In this document: positions 7,083 to 15,714 of the stretch, in pieces
Numbering within the stretch: the first letter of the stretch is position 1
Layout of the letters: the number at the start of each line of letters is the position of its first letter
Origin: Oscillospiraceae bacterium
GTDB taxonomy: Bacteria; Bacillota; Clostridia; UBA1381; UBA9506
DNA: 64,000 nt
Reading direction: 5' to 3'
Assembly: GCA_015068905.1 (NCBI GenBank)
Contig: SVJQ01000005.1
Coordinates: forward strand, 35,746 to 99,745
The notes under the pieces: model-generated
Told to the model about the DNA's origin: nothing
The model's database searches: none
What the model saw: the letters and a program-made list of their open reading frames with translations, nothing else
Translations under genes and position numbers: made by a program

Positions 7083-8621
7083 ATGGAACAAAATGTTGCT
7101 CTTGAACTTAGAAATGTAACCAAAACCTTTGGTAGTGTCGTTGCCAATAAAAACGTGTCCTTACAGGTACATAAGGGTGAAATTCTTTCCATCCTTGGTG
7201 AAAACGGCAGCGGTAAGACAACTTTAATGAATATGGTTTCAGGCATTTATTTTCCTGACAGTGGTCAGATTTTTGCTGACGGTGAGGAAGTTGTCATTGC
7301 ATCACCTAAGGATGCCTTTAACTATAAAATCGGTATGATTCATCAGCATTTTAAGCTTGTTGATGTTTTTAGTGCTGCAGAAAACATCGTTTTGGGCTTA
7401 GAGGATGAAAAAGGCTTTAATATGCCGAAATACATTGAAAAAATCAAGGAAATAACAGAGCAGTATGGCTTTGAACTTGATCCGCATAAAAAGATTTATG
7501 AAATGTCGGTTTCTGAAAAGCAGACCGTTGAAATTATCAAGGTGCTTTTCAGGGGTGCAGACATTCTGATTCTGGACGAGCCTACCGCAGTGCTGACCCC
7601 ACAGGAGACGGTTAAGCTTTTTGCAGTTTTGAGAAATATGCGTGACAGCGGTAAGGCGATTATCATCATCACACACAAGCTTCACGAGGTGCTTTCTCTT
7701 TCAGATAATGTTGCGGTTTTAAGAAAGGGCGAATACATCGGTACTGTTAAAACAGCAGAAACCAATGAAACAGAACTGACTGAGATGATGGTGGGCAAGA
7801 AAATTTCACTCAACATAGAAAGAAGCGAAGTTGTCAATCCCGCCGACCGCTTGATTGCAGAGGGCTTGACCATTGAAAACCATGATGGTATAAAGGTGCT
7901 GGATGACGTTTCCTTTACCGCACGCTCTGGTGAAATTTTAGGCATTGCCGGTATTGCCGGTAGTGGTCAAAGAGAACTTCTGGAGGCTATTGCGGGTCTG
8001 CAGCATCTTGATAGCGGAAGCATTATTTATCACAATCCTAAAACCGGCGAGGAGGAAAACCTGCGCGATAAAACCCCTATGGAGATTCGTAGTATGGGTG
8101 TCAGACTTGCCTTTGTACCGGAAGACAGATTGGGTATGGGTCTGGTCGGCAATATGGATATTGTTGACAATATGATGCTCAGAAGCTATAAAAAGGGCAA
8201 TTCTATGTTTTTGCAGCGAAAGGCGCCTAAGTCTTTGGCGGAAGAAATTATTGAAAAGCTAGAGGTTGTAACACCGTCATCTGCCACACCGGTCAGAAGA
8301 CTCTCCGGCGGTAATGTTCAAAAGGTTTTAGTCGGCAGAGAAATTGCTTCAGCGCCTACTGTTTTAATGGCTGCCTATCCGGTAAGAGGGCTTGATATTA
8401 ACTCATCCTACACCATATACAATCTTTTGAATGAACAAAAGAAAAATGGCGTAGCTGTTATTTTCGTTGGCGAGGATTTGGATGTTTTAATTGAACTTTG
8501 TGATAGAATTATGGTCATTGGCTCAGGTAAGGTTACAGGTGTTGTTGACGGTCGTCATACCACGAAGGAAGAAATCGGTATCCTGATGACGAAAACCGAC
8601 AAAGAAGAAGCCGAGAGCTAA
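7083..8621 (+). CDS. ABC transporter ATP-binding protein (duplicated ABC domains)
   Basis: Walker A GENGSGKTT, signature SVSEKQ / LSGGNVQK, two tandem NBDs as in nucleoside/sugar importers. Confidence 0.9.
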   Translation: MEQNVALELRNVTKTFGSVVANKNVSLQVHKGEILSILGENGSGKTTLMNMVSGIYFPDSGQIFADGEEVVIASPKDAFNYKIGMIHQHFKLVDVFSAAENIVLGLEDEKGFNMPKYIEKIKEITEQYGFELDPHKKIYEMSVSEKQTVEIIKVLFRGADILILDEPTAVLTPQETVKLFAVLRNMRDSGKAIIIITHKLHEVLSLSDNVAVLRKGEYIGTVKTAETNETELTEMMVGKKISLNIERSEVVNPADRLIAEGLTIENHDGIKVLDDVSFTARSGEILGIAGIAGSGQRELLEAIAGLQHLDSGSIIYHNPKTGEEENLRDKTPMEIRSMGVRLAFVPEDRLGMGLVGNMDIVDNMMLRSYKKGNSMFLQRKAPKSLAEEIIEKLEVVTPSSATPVRRLSGGNVQKVLVGREIASAPTVLMAAYPVRGLDINSSYTIYNLLNEQKKNGVAVIFVGEDLDVLIELCDRIMVIGSGKVTGVVDGRHTTKEEIGILMTKTDKEEAES

Positions 8622-8636
8622 AAGGAGGTAGTAAGT

Positions 8637-9734
8637 ATGAAAAAAAAGTGTGATAATCTCTTTTGGTCTGCTCTGGGGCATATTGTAAAGCGTGATGACA
8701 TTGTCTGGTGGAAGGCATGGATTATCAGAGTTTTAGCAGTTTTACTTGCACTGGTTGTTTGTGGTGTGGTTACCATTTTTCTGACTGATTTAAATCCGAT
8801 TGAAGTATACGTCACCATGATTAAAGGTGCTGTCGGTTCTAAACGTTTAACATGGAACCTGTTGCAGAATACAGCCATTTTGCTTTGTGTTTCTCTTGCG
8901 GTAACCCCTGCGTTTAAAATGAAGTTCTGGAACATTGGTGCAGAAGGTCAGGTCTTAGTCGGTGGTCTTGCGACTGCTGCCTGTATGATTTATCTGGGCG
9001 AAAAGCTTCCGCCGGCTTTGCTGATTCCGGTTATGCTGATTGTCAGCATTATTTCAGGTGCCATCTGGGCTTTTGTGCCGGCATATTTTAAAACCCGGTA
9101 TAATTCAAACGAGACTTTATTTACTCTTATGATGAACTATGTGGCAATTCAGATTGTTGCATTCTTTACCCTTGAATGGTCTATGCCGAAAGGCTCGGGC
9201 ACACCAAGACCCTTGGAATTCGGTCAGCTCCCCACAATTTTCGGGCAGAAGTACCTGATCAATATTTTAATTGTTGCTTTGATTACTGTCATTGTGTACA
9301 TATACCTTAAATACAGTAAACAGGGCTATGAAATTTCCGTCGTGGGTGAAAGTGAAAATACAGCAAGATATATCGGTATTAACGTTAAAAAGGTTGTTTT
9401 AAGAACCATGCTTATTTCCGGTGCAATTTGCGGTATCACAGGCTTTTTGCTGGTGGCAGGAACTGACCACTCGCTAAAGAGTGACACAGCAGGTGGCAGA
9501 GGCTTTACGGCGATTATGGTTTCGTGGCTAGCTAAATTTAACCCTGTGTTTATGGTTCTGACGTCGCTTCTCATCGTCTTTTTGCAAAAGGGCGCTTCAA
9601 AAATTTCAGAAGTGTACAGACTGAATTCATCTTTTTCAGACATTATCACAGGCATTATCATATTCTTTATCATTGGTTCAGAGTTCTTTATTAACTATAA
9701 AATCAAATTCAACAAGAAGGGGGAAAATGTATGA
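8637..9734 (+). CDS. ABC transporter permease
   Basis: Multi-TM protein. AAGGAGG RBS. Operon position after the ATPase. Confidence 0.85.
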   Translation: MKKKCDNLFWSALGHIVKRDDIVWWKAWIIRVLAVLLALVVCGVVTIFLTDLNPIEVYVTMIKGAVGSKRLTWNLLQNTAILLCVSLAVTPAFKMKFWNIGAEGQVLVGGLATAACMIYLGEKLPPALLIPVMLIVSIISGAIWAFVPAYFKTRYNSNETLFTLMMNYVAIQIVAFFTLEWSMPKGSGTPRPLEFGQLPTIFGQKYLINILIVALITVIVYIYLKYSKQGYEISVVGESENTARYIGINVKKVVLRTMLISGAICGITGFLLVAGTDHSLKSDTAGGRGFTAIMVSWLAKFNPVFMVLTSLLIVFLQKGASKISEVYRLNSSFSDIITGIIIFFIIGSEFFINYKIKFNKKGENV

Positions 9735-10708
9735 TAGCAACAATTATTCAGCGTGCCGTTATGCAGGGAACTCCTTTGCTGTTTGGCTCAACAGGTGAAA
9801 TTCTGACAGAAAAGTCTGGTCACTTAAATCTGGGTATTCCGGGCATTATGTATGTGGGTGCCATCAGCGGTGTTGCAGGTGCTTTTCTTTACGAGCACGG
9901 CGTAGCAGAAATCAATCCCTTTCTTGCGGTTTTAATCCCCTTGATTTGCTCACTTATAGGCTCTATTTTAATGGGTCTTATTTACTGTTTTTTAACAGTA
10001 ACCCTTCGTGCCAATCAGAATGTAACCGGTCTTGCTCTCACGACTTTTGGTATCGGCATTGGCAACTTTTTTGGCGGTTCATTGATTAAGCTTGTTAATT
10101 CTGACGTTCCGTCCATTGCTCTTTCTAAAACGAGTACAGCCTTTAAAACCCAACTGCCTTTTGCTGACAACCTTGGTTGGTTTGGCGACATCTTTCTGTC
10201 ATACGGCTTTTTGGTTTATGTGGCAATCATCGTTGCTTTGGTTTCTTCTTTTATTTTAAACAAAACAAGAGTAGGGCTTCATTTAAGAGCCGTTGGTGAA
10301 AACCCCGGTACCGCTGATGCGGCAGGTATCAACGTAACTAAGTATAAATATCTTGCAACCTGCATCGGCAGCGCTATTGCCGGTCTTGGTGGACTGTATT
10401 ATGTTATGGATTATGCAAACGGTGTTTGGTCAAACAACGGTTTTGGTGACAGAGGCTGGCTTTCTATTGCCCTTGTTATTTTCTCGGTATGGCGTCCGTC
10501 TATCAGCATTATCGGCTCCATTCTTTTTGGTTTTTTATATGTTATCCCGACATATATTCCCGGTATCAGCGTCAGCTCGAAAAAGCTTTTTGAAATGCTG
10601 CCCTATGTGGTTACCATTATTGTTCTCATCATCACCAGTATGAGAAACAAGAAGGAAAACCAGCCGCCTGCGGCTTTGGGCTTACCGTACTTCAGAGAAG
10701 AACGATAA
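9731..10708 (+). CDS. ABC transporter permease
   Basis: Multi-TM protein. Its start overlaps the previous stop (ATGA). Confidence 0.85.
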   Translation: MIATIIQRAVMQGTPLLFGSTGEILTEKSGHLNLGIPGIMYVGAISGVAGAFLYEHGVAEINPFLAVLIPLICSLIGSILMGLIYCFLTVTLRANQNVTGLALTTFGIGIGNFFGGSLIKLVNSDVPSIALSKTSTAFKTQLPFADNLGWFGDIFLSYGFLVYVAIIVALVSSFILNKTRVGLHLRAVGENPGTADAAGINVTKYKYLATCIGSAIAGLGGLYYVMDYANGVWSNNGFGDRGWLSIALVIFSVWRPSISIIGSILFGFLYVIPTYIPGISVSSKKLFEMLPYVVTIIVLIITSMRNKKENQPPAALGLPYFREER

Positions 10709-10719
10709 ATTAATTACTA

Positions 10720-10753
10720 AAAAAACGGCTGAGCATTTGCTCAGCCGTTTTTG
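10720..10753 (+). terminator. rho-independent terminator of the ABC operon
   Basis: ACGGCTGAGC-attt-GCTCAGCCGT followed by TTTTT. Confidence 0.8.
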
Positions 10754-10771
10754 CATACTGTTATGATTAGA

Positions 10772-10800
10772 TTGCAAGAAAAACATTTTTGTGGTAAAAT
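10772..10800 (+). promoter_or_regulatory. sigma-A type promoter
   Basis: TTGCAA, 17 nt, TGgTAAAAT. Confidence 0.5.
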
Positions 10801-10928
10801 AAAAGTGAATTATCTAATTGATAAATTGTTTGGTGTTGCCCTATATAATTTTTTGTTTTGTCTTGGCAAGAGTTCAGTAAGATGTTTGACATTTCATGAG
10901 CGAACTGAAATATAAAAGAGGTGAAAGT

Positions 10929-11237
10929 ATGTCAGATGTATTTAGTGTGATTGCAATAGCATTATTTTTTCTGTGTTGGCTTTTGATTATTAAAAAGTTC
11001 GTTTTAAGCAGGTGTACAACCATTCAAACCGTTAAGGCAAAAATTGTGGATAAGTACAAACCGGAGATGGTTTCAAAATATCCCGGAATATTTAAACAAG
11101 AAAGATACATAGTTGTATTTGAGACAAAGGATAAAAAACTTTCATTTACTGTCTCAGATTTTTCGTATGGAAACTATAAAGTTGGTGAAAAAGGAACTTT
11201 GAAGTACAAAGGGAGTAAACTTATAAGTTTCAAGTAA
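10929..11237 (+). CDS. DUF2500-like small membrane-anchored protein
   Basis: N-terminal TM followed by a beta-rich domain. GAGGTGAAAG RBS before the ATG at 10929. Confidence 0.55.
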   Translation: MSDVFSVIAIALFFLCWLLIIKKFVLSRCTTIQTVKAKIVDKYKPEMVSKYPGIFKQERYIVVFETKDKKLSFTVSDFSYGNYKVGEKGTLKYKGSKLISFK

Positions 11238-11272
11238 TTTTTATCCTGAGTTGACGCGAGTAACATGGATAT

Positions 11273-11450
11273 GACGAAAGTTGTCGAAAACAAAAGCCTC
11301 CCCTGTGTAAGGGGAGGTGGGTTACAAAGCAACTCGGAGGGGTTGTAAAAAAAGCTAAACAATCCCCCAGTCTGCTTCGCAGACAGCCCCCTTTAGGCAA
11401 GGGGGCCTTTGAAAGGTTGCATCTAAACCTTATGTGTCGCAATCAAAAGA
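11273..11450. repeat. ORF-less miniature (MITE-like) copy of the DUF559 cassette ends
   Basis: 11361-11407 matches 4102-4148 at 43 of 47 positions. 11280-11297 resembles 3627-3646. No DUF559 coding sequence lies between the ends. Confidence 0.55.
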
Positions 11451-11498
11451 CAATATTTTCTATCAATCCCTTTATTATAAACTGAAAGGATGTTTTTA

Positions 11499-12029
11499 AT
11501 GAATTTTAAAGAACTTGCCCTAAAGCGTGAAAGCTGTCGTGATTATGACGGCAGACCGGTAGCTCATGAGCTGCTGGCGGATATTATGGAAACAGCTTGC
11601 TTGTCACCATCAGCCTGCAATTCTCAGCCCTGGAAGCTGGTTGCAGCAGAGGGTGAAAAGGCAACAGAAATTCGCCCGCTTGTGCAGGAATGCGGACGGA
11701 ATAAGTTTGCAGTAAATGTGCCTGCTTTTGTAGCAATTTGTGAAACTGAGGCAAGGCTGATGCCGGGCGTGAATGAAAACAATCAGCACTTTGCTCAGAT
11801 GGATGTGGGTATGGTGACCATGATGCTGACCTTGGCGGCTGCAGATAGAGGACTTTCTACCTGTATTTTAGGTTGTTTTAATGAAGAGGCAATTAAAGAT
11901 GTACTGAGTATTCCTGAAAACGTATCGGTGCGTCTTGTTGTGGCTGTGGGATACGGTAAAACTGATGAACCCCGAAAGAAAGTCAGAAAAGAAGCTGACG
12001 CTGTCCGCAGCTTTAACCGGTGGCAATAA
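11499..12029 (+). CDS. nitroreductase family protein
   Basis: RESCRDY...SPSACNSQPW motif typical of the nitroreductase fold. Confidence 0.8.
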   Translation: MNFKELALKRESCRDYDGRPVAHELLADIMETACLSPSACNSQPWKLVAAEGEKATEIRPLVQECGRNKFAVNVPAFVAICETEARLMPGVNENNQHFAQMDVGMVTMMLTLAAADRGLSTCILGCFNEEAIKDVLSIPENVSVRLVVAVGYGKTDEPRKKVRKEADAVRSFNRWQ

Positions 12030-12538
12030 TGAAACGGCTCATGCAAAGCTTTTTTGATCAAAACGCCGTAGAACTTGCGCCCAAGCTTTTGGGGCAGGTT
12101 CTGTGCCGCAAAACAGAGTCAGGAATTCTGCGGCTTGCAATTACCGAGACAGAGGCTTACTTTACAGAAAACGATACCGCCTGTCATGCCCATAAGGGCA
12201 GAACCCCGCGAACAGAACTTTTATACCATCGGGGTGGTTGCGCTTATGTGTATCTGTGTTACGGCATACACAGTCTGTTTAATGTTATCAGCGGAGAAGA
12301 GGGCGTGCCACAGGGGGTGCTTATCCGTGGCGTTACCGGCTTTGACGGACCGGGAAAGCTGACCCGTGCCATGGGGATTGACAGAAGCTTAAATGGCATA
12401 GACCTTGTTCATAGTGACGTGCTGTGGCTTGAAGAGGGGGAGACCCAAGCGTATTTCACCACACCCCGAATCGGTATTGACTATGCAACTGAAGAATATA
12501 GGAATATTTGCTGGCGGTTTGTGTCGAAAAACCGCTGA
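12029..12538 (+). CDS. DNA-3-methyladenine glycosylase (Mpg/AAG family)
   Basis: ITETEAY...D.ACHA..G.T.R...G..YVY..YG motif set. The start (ATG at 12029 or GTG at 12020) is uncertain. Confidence 0.8.
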   Translation: MKRLMQSFFDQNAVELAPKLLGQVLCRKTESGILRLAITETEAYFTENDTACHAHKGRTPRTELLYHRGGCAYVYLCYGIHSLFNVISGEEGVPQGVLIRGVTGFDGPGKLTRAMGIDRSLNGIDLVHSDVLWLEEGETQAYFTTPRIGIDYATEEYRNICWRFVSKNR

Positions 12539-12605
12539 TTTTCAGGTAGAAATCTTTTGTAATGGAAAAAACATGAATATTTTGTGAAATATATTAAATA
12601 ATCTG

Positions 12606-12634
12606 TTGACAAGCGGAAATAAAATTGGTATAAT
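12606..12634 (+). promoter_or_regulatory. sigma-A type promoter for rpsU
   Basis: TTGACA, 17 nt, TGgTATAAT. Confidence 0.65.
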
Positions 12635-12713
12635 ATACTTTGTAGTTTTATACAGCTAATAGGTTGTTTAGTATGACCGAACCCAACGCAAAGTACCGGA
12701 GGGAGGGAATAAC

Positions 12714-12890
12714 ATGTCTGAAATTAGATTAAAAGATCACGAATCTTTAGATAGTGCCCTGCGTCGTTTCAAGCGTTCCTGCGCTAAAGACGGCGTTCTT
12801 TCAGAACTTAGAAAAAGAGAGCATTATGAAAAGCCCAGCGTAAAGAGAAAAAAGAAATCTGAAGCTGCTAGAAAGAGAAAGTTCAAATAA
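12714..12890 (+). CDS. rpsU: 30S ribosomal protein S21 (58 aa, below the ORF-track cutoff)
   Basis: My own translation is [71 protein letters not shown]. Confidence 0.9.
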   Translation: MSEIRLKDHESLDSALRRFKRSCAKDGVLSELRKREHYEKPSVKRKKKSEAARKRKFK

Positions 12891-12915
12891 TTGTATTTGA
12901 TAATCTGATTGGCTT

Positions 12916-12950
12916 AAAAACAGCAAGGCATATTGCCTTGCTGTTTTTTC
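12916..12950 (+). terminator. rho-independent terminator after rpsU
   Basis: ACAGCAAGGCA-tat-TGCCTTGCTGT followed by a T-run. Confidence 0.8.
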
Positions 12951-12967
12951 TTTCTGCTGCATCAGTA

Positions 12968-12997
12968 TTGACAAAAATGGAAGAATTATGGTATAAT
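12968..12997 (+). promoter_or_regulatory. sigma-A type promoter
   Basis: TTGACA, 18 nt, TGgTATAAT. Confidence 0.55.
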
Positions 12998-13026
12998 GTT
13001 TCTATAATTTATAAGGGGGTTTTCTT

Positions 13027-13638
13027 ATGAACAAATTAAATCAGTTTAAGGGGTATGCACCCTATGTAGCGGCTATTTGCTGTCTTATTTATGAAGCATT
13101 CAGCCTGGCTTGGGGCGGTGCATTTGTGAGCAGTGTAATTTTCGTTGCAATTTTGGTTGCCGGTGCCTGCTGTCTGATCGAAAAGCAAAAGGCAGACTTT
13201 GTGGGCCTTATCGCTCTTGCGGTTGCCAGCGTTTTTTCTATCATTGACTTGGTGTTATCTGTTATTGACGTTATTGGTTATATCGCTCAGCGCTATCCCG
13301 CCGGTGTTGTTGTGCAGAGCATATTGTGGCTGATTCCTGATGTGGTTGCGTTACTTGCAGTTGTAGCATTGACAGCGATCGTTTTTCTCTGTATGAAAAA
13401 GAAGCCCAACGCTTTAACAAAGTTCTGGTACGGTCCAGCTGCTTTGGTTGTGGTTGGTGCACTTATTACATTTATTTTTGGCATTCTGTTCTACTTTATC
13501 TTCAATGACTTTGTATACGTTGGTGATGGCGTATTGGGCTATTTGCTGACTAAGGTAGGTCGTTTTCTTGTTAATCTTTCTTTGGCAGGCGGTTTTGCCG
13601 GTATTGGTATGCATGCCTTATCAAAAAAACAGCAATAG
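13027..13638 (+). CDS. hypothetical polytopic membrane protein
   Basis: About 6 hydrophobic segments. Own promoter, GGGGG RBS and terminator. I recognise no family. Confidence 0.5.
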   Translation: MNKLNQFKGYAPYVAAICCLIYEAFSLAWGGAFVSSVIFVAILVAGACCLIEKQKADFVGLIALAVASVFSIIDLVLSVIDVIGYIAQRYPAGVVVQSILWLIPDVVALLAVVALTAIVFLCMKKKPNALTKFWYGPAALVVVGALITFIFGILFYFIFNDFVYVGDGVLGYLLTKVGRFLVNLSLAGGFAGIGMHALSKKQQ

Positions 13639-13650
13639 ACAAAGACAGTT

Positions 13651-13688
13651 AAAAAAGACAGGCATTTTGTATTGCCTGTCTTTTTTTG
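13651..13688 (+). terminator. rho-independent terminator
   Basis: GACAGGCA...TGCCTGTC stem followed by TTTTTTT. Confidence 0.75.
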
Positions 13689-13766
13689 TTGCTGTGTTCT
13701 GTTGGTGTGGGGTGTATCCGGCATGAAACATCTTCATATTTCGTATATATACAAAGAGGTGTTTTC

Positions 13767-14579
13767 ATGAAAACAAGAATTTTATTTATCACTGTGCGTG
13801 GGGTATACCTTGCCATCTTTTTCAGCCTTGTGGTGTGCGGTGCTTGTGTTGGCATGTGGCTTTCACTGTCTGCAGGTATGGAGGCGGATACCGGTTCCGG
13901 TGGCAGGCTTGCTATTGTAATTGATGACTTTGGTTTGCAGAGAAAGGGTGTTTCTGAAATGCTTGCTCTTGATTGCAAACTGACAGCGGCTGTTATGCCT
14001 TTTTTAGCTTATTCTGAGGCGGATGCCGAGGCAGCCGTTGAAAACGGAAAAGAGGTTATCATACACATCCCCATGCAGGCAACCACCCATGATATACCAT
14101 CCCACTTAGGGCCTCGCCCTGTTACAATCCGTGACAGCGAGTCGGATATCAAAAAATGGGTTTCTGATGCAGCGGAGAACCTGCCTGAAGCAGTGGGCGC
14201 CAACATACATATGGGTACGCTCAGCAGCTCAAAGGAGTATGTTATGCGCCCGCTTATGGAAGCGCTGCATGCTAAAGGAATGATTTTCCTGGATTCAAAA
14301 ACAAGCTCTAAAAGCGTTTGCCGGGCAGTAGCAGGGCAGACAGGTATCCGGTTTGCTGAAAATGATGTGTTTTTAGAACACGAAAGCAAGAGCAAGGGAT
14401 ACATCAAAAAAAGGCTTAGAAAAGCAATGAAAATAGCGCAGGAAAAAGGGGCTTGTATTGCCATCGGGCATGTGGGCTGTGAAGGCGGAAAAGTGACAGC
14501 AGAGGCGATTGCAGAGCTTTTGCCGGAGTTCAGCGAAAACGGGGTTCAGCTTGTTTTTTTATCCGAACTCATCCGATAA
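13767..14579 (+). CDS. divergent polysaccharide deacetylase family protein (YibQ-like)
   Basis: N-terminal TM, then LAIVIDDFG...AVMPF...HIPMQ motifs. AAAGAGG RBS before the ATG at 13767. Confidence 0.8.
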   Translation: MKTRILFITVRGVYLAIFFSLVVCGACVGMWLSLSAGMEADTGSGGRLAIVIDDFGLQRKGVSEMLALDCKLTAAVMPFLAYSEADAEAAVENGKEVIIHIPMQATTHDIPSHLGPRPVTIRDSESDIKKWVSDAAENLPEAVGANIHMGTLSSSKEYVMRPLMEALHAKGMIFLDSKTSSKSVCRAVAGQTGIRFAENDVFLEHESKSKGYIKKRLRKAMKIAQEKGACIAIGHVGCEGGKVTAEAIAELLPEFSENGVQLVFLSELIR

Positions 14580-14722
14580 AATGCATCCTTTAACAAATTT
14601 ATCAAAATTAGCAAATTTTCTTGTAAATTTTCAATCTTTGTGATACAATAGTGTAAATTGGGTTTTTTATGTTCATCAGAACCCCGATGGCAGATGTATG
14701 ACAGAATAAAGGAGCAGTTTCG

Positions 14723-15691
14723 TTGAATACAAATCGCTTAAAATATTATTTTTTAAACACCTTGCTGACCATTGCGCTTTGTGTTGCTTATTGCCTTTTT
14801 GGCAGTTTTATCAGTACTGTAATCGGTATGCTTATTGCGGCGCTTTTAGGTATGGTTATGTATAGAGAGCATTTTGGCCTGGGTTTTGGTAATGCTATTT
14901 TGGTTTTAATAATTTTTACGCTTTTTCTTGGGCCGGAGGTAGCGATTATCAATGGTGTACCTTTGATTTTGTTGGGTATTTCATTATGTCTTGGCACCAA
15001 AACGAAAATGAAACTGCACCATATGATTATGCTTTGTACAGTATTATACCTGTTAGATATTTTGATTGGTTTAAAGCTGACAGAGAGTTTGACAAACGGC
15101 GAATTTTCCTTCAACAGCTATATGCTTGCAACCGGTGAACAGATGCGTGAGGTTATGCAGTTGTATTATCCTGATCCTGAATACCGTGAAATGATTGATC
15201 AGGCTATCAGTATGTCGGTGGATACAAGCATAATGTTAGCCCCGGCTGTGTTTACGCTTGTTTGTGTTGTGCTTTCTTATGTTTTGATCTCTGTTTATAA
15301 AAAAATGCAGATGGCGCAAAAAACAGATATGTCATTCTGGGTGCCCTTTAATCAGCTGCAGGCAGACAGGCTGTTTGCTGTTTTATTCCTTGTTTTGTTT
15401 GTTTTGCTGACGGCATCAAAAAACGGTATGTTTTTCTCTGTGGTTGCCAATGTGGTTTTGATTTTGACCTTTTTGTTCTTGGTGCTGGGTCTTTCGGTGT
15501 TTAACTACAAATTAAAGCAAAAAGGCGCAGGGAATACAATGCGCAATCTGTTAACAGCGGCTTTAATTTGTTTTTCGACAATGTTTTGTATGATTCCGGT
15601 TTTTGCCCTGATTATTTGCGGGCTGACAGATGCATTTTTTGATTACAGAGGTTTGCGCCCGGATGATTCGCAAGAGAATAACAACGGTTAA
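14723..15691 (+). CDS. DUF2232 family membrane protein (YybS-like)
   Basis: Polytopic membrane protein directly upstream of gdpP-rplI-dnaB, the conserved yybS position. TTG start 8 nt after AAAGGAG. Confidence 0.7.
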   Translation: MNTNRLKYYFLNTLLTIALCVAYCLFGSFISTVIGMLIAALLGMVMYREHFGLGFGNAILVLIIFTLFLGPEVAIINGVPLILLGISLCLGTKTKMKLHHMIMLCTVLYLLDILIGLKLTESLTNGEFSFNSYMLATGEQMREVMQLYYPDPEYREMIDQAISMSVDTSIMLAPAVFTLVCVVLSYVLISVYKKMQMAQKTDMSFWVPFNQLQADRLFAVLFLVLFVLLTASKNGMFFSVVANVVLILTFLFLVLGLSVFNYKLKQKGAGNTMRNLLTAALICFSTMFCMIPVFALIICGLTDAFFDYRGLRPDDSQENNNG

Positions 15692-15714
15692 GTTAAGGAT
15701 AGGGAGGGACAGTT

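Noticed and set aside
11174-11442. ORFs 11174-11362 and 11230-11442 (minus strand) inside the miniature repeat.
   Set aside because: They translate the GC-rich hairpin array (for example ...LPLHRGGFCF...), lack an RBS, and the same DNA occurs as non-coding flanks of the DUF559 gene.
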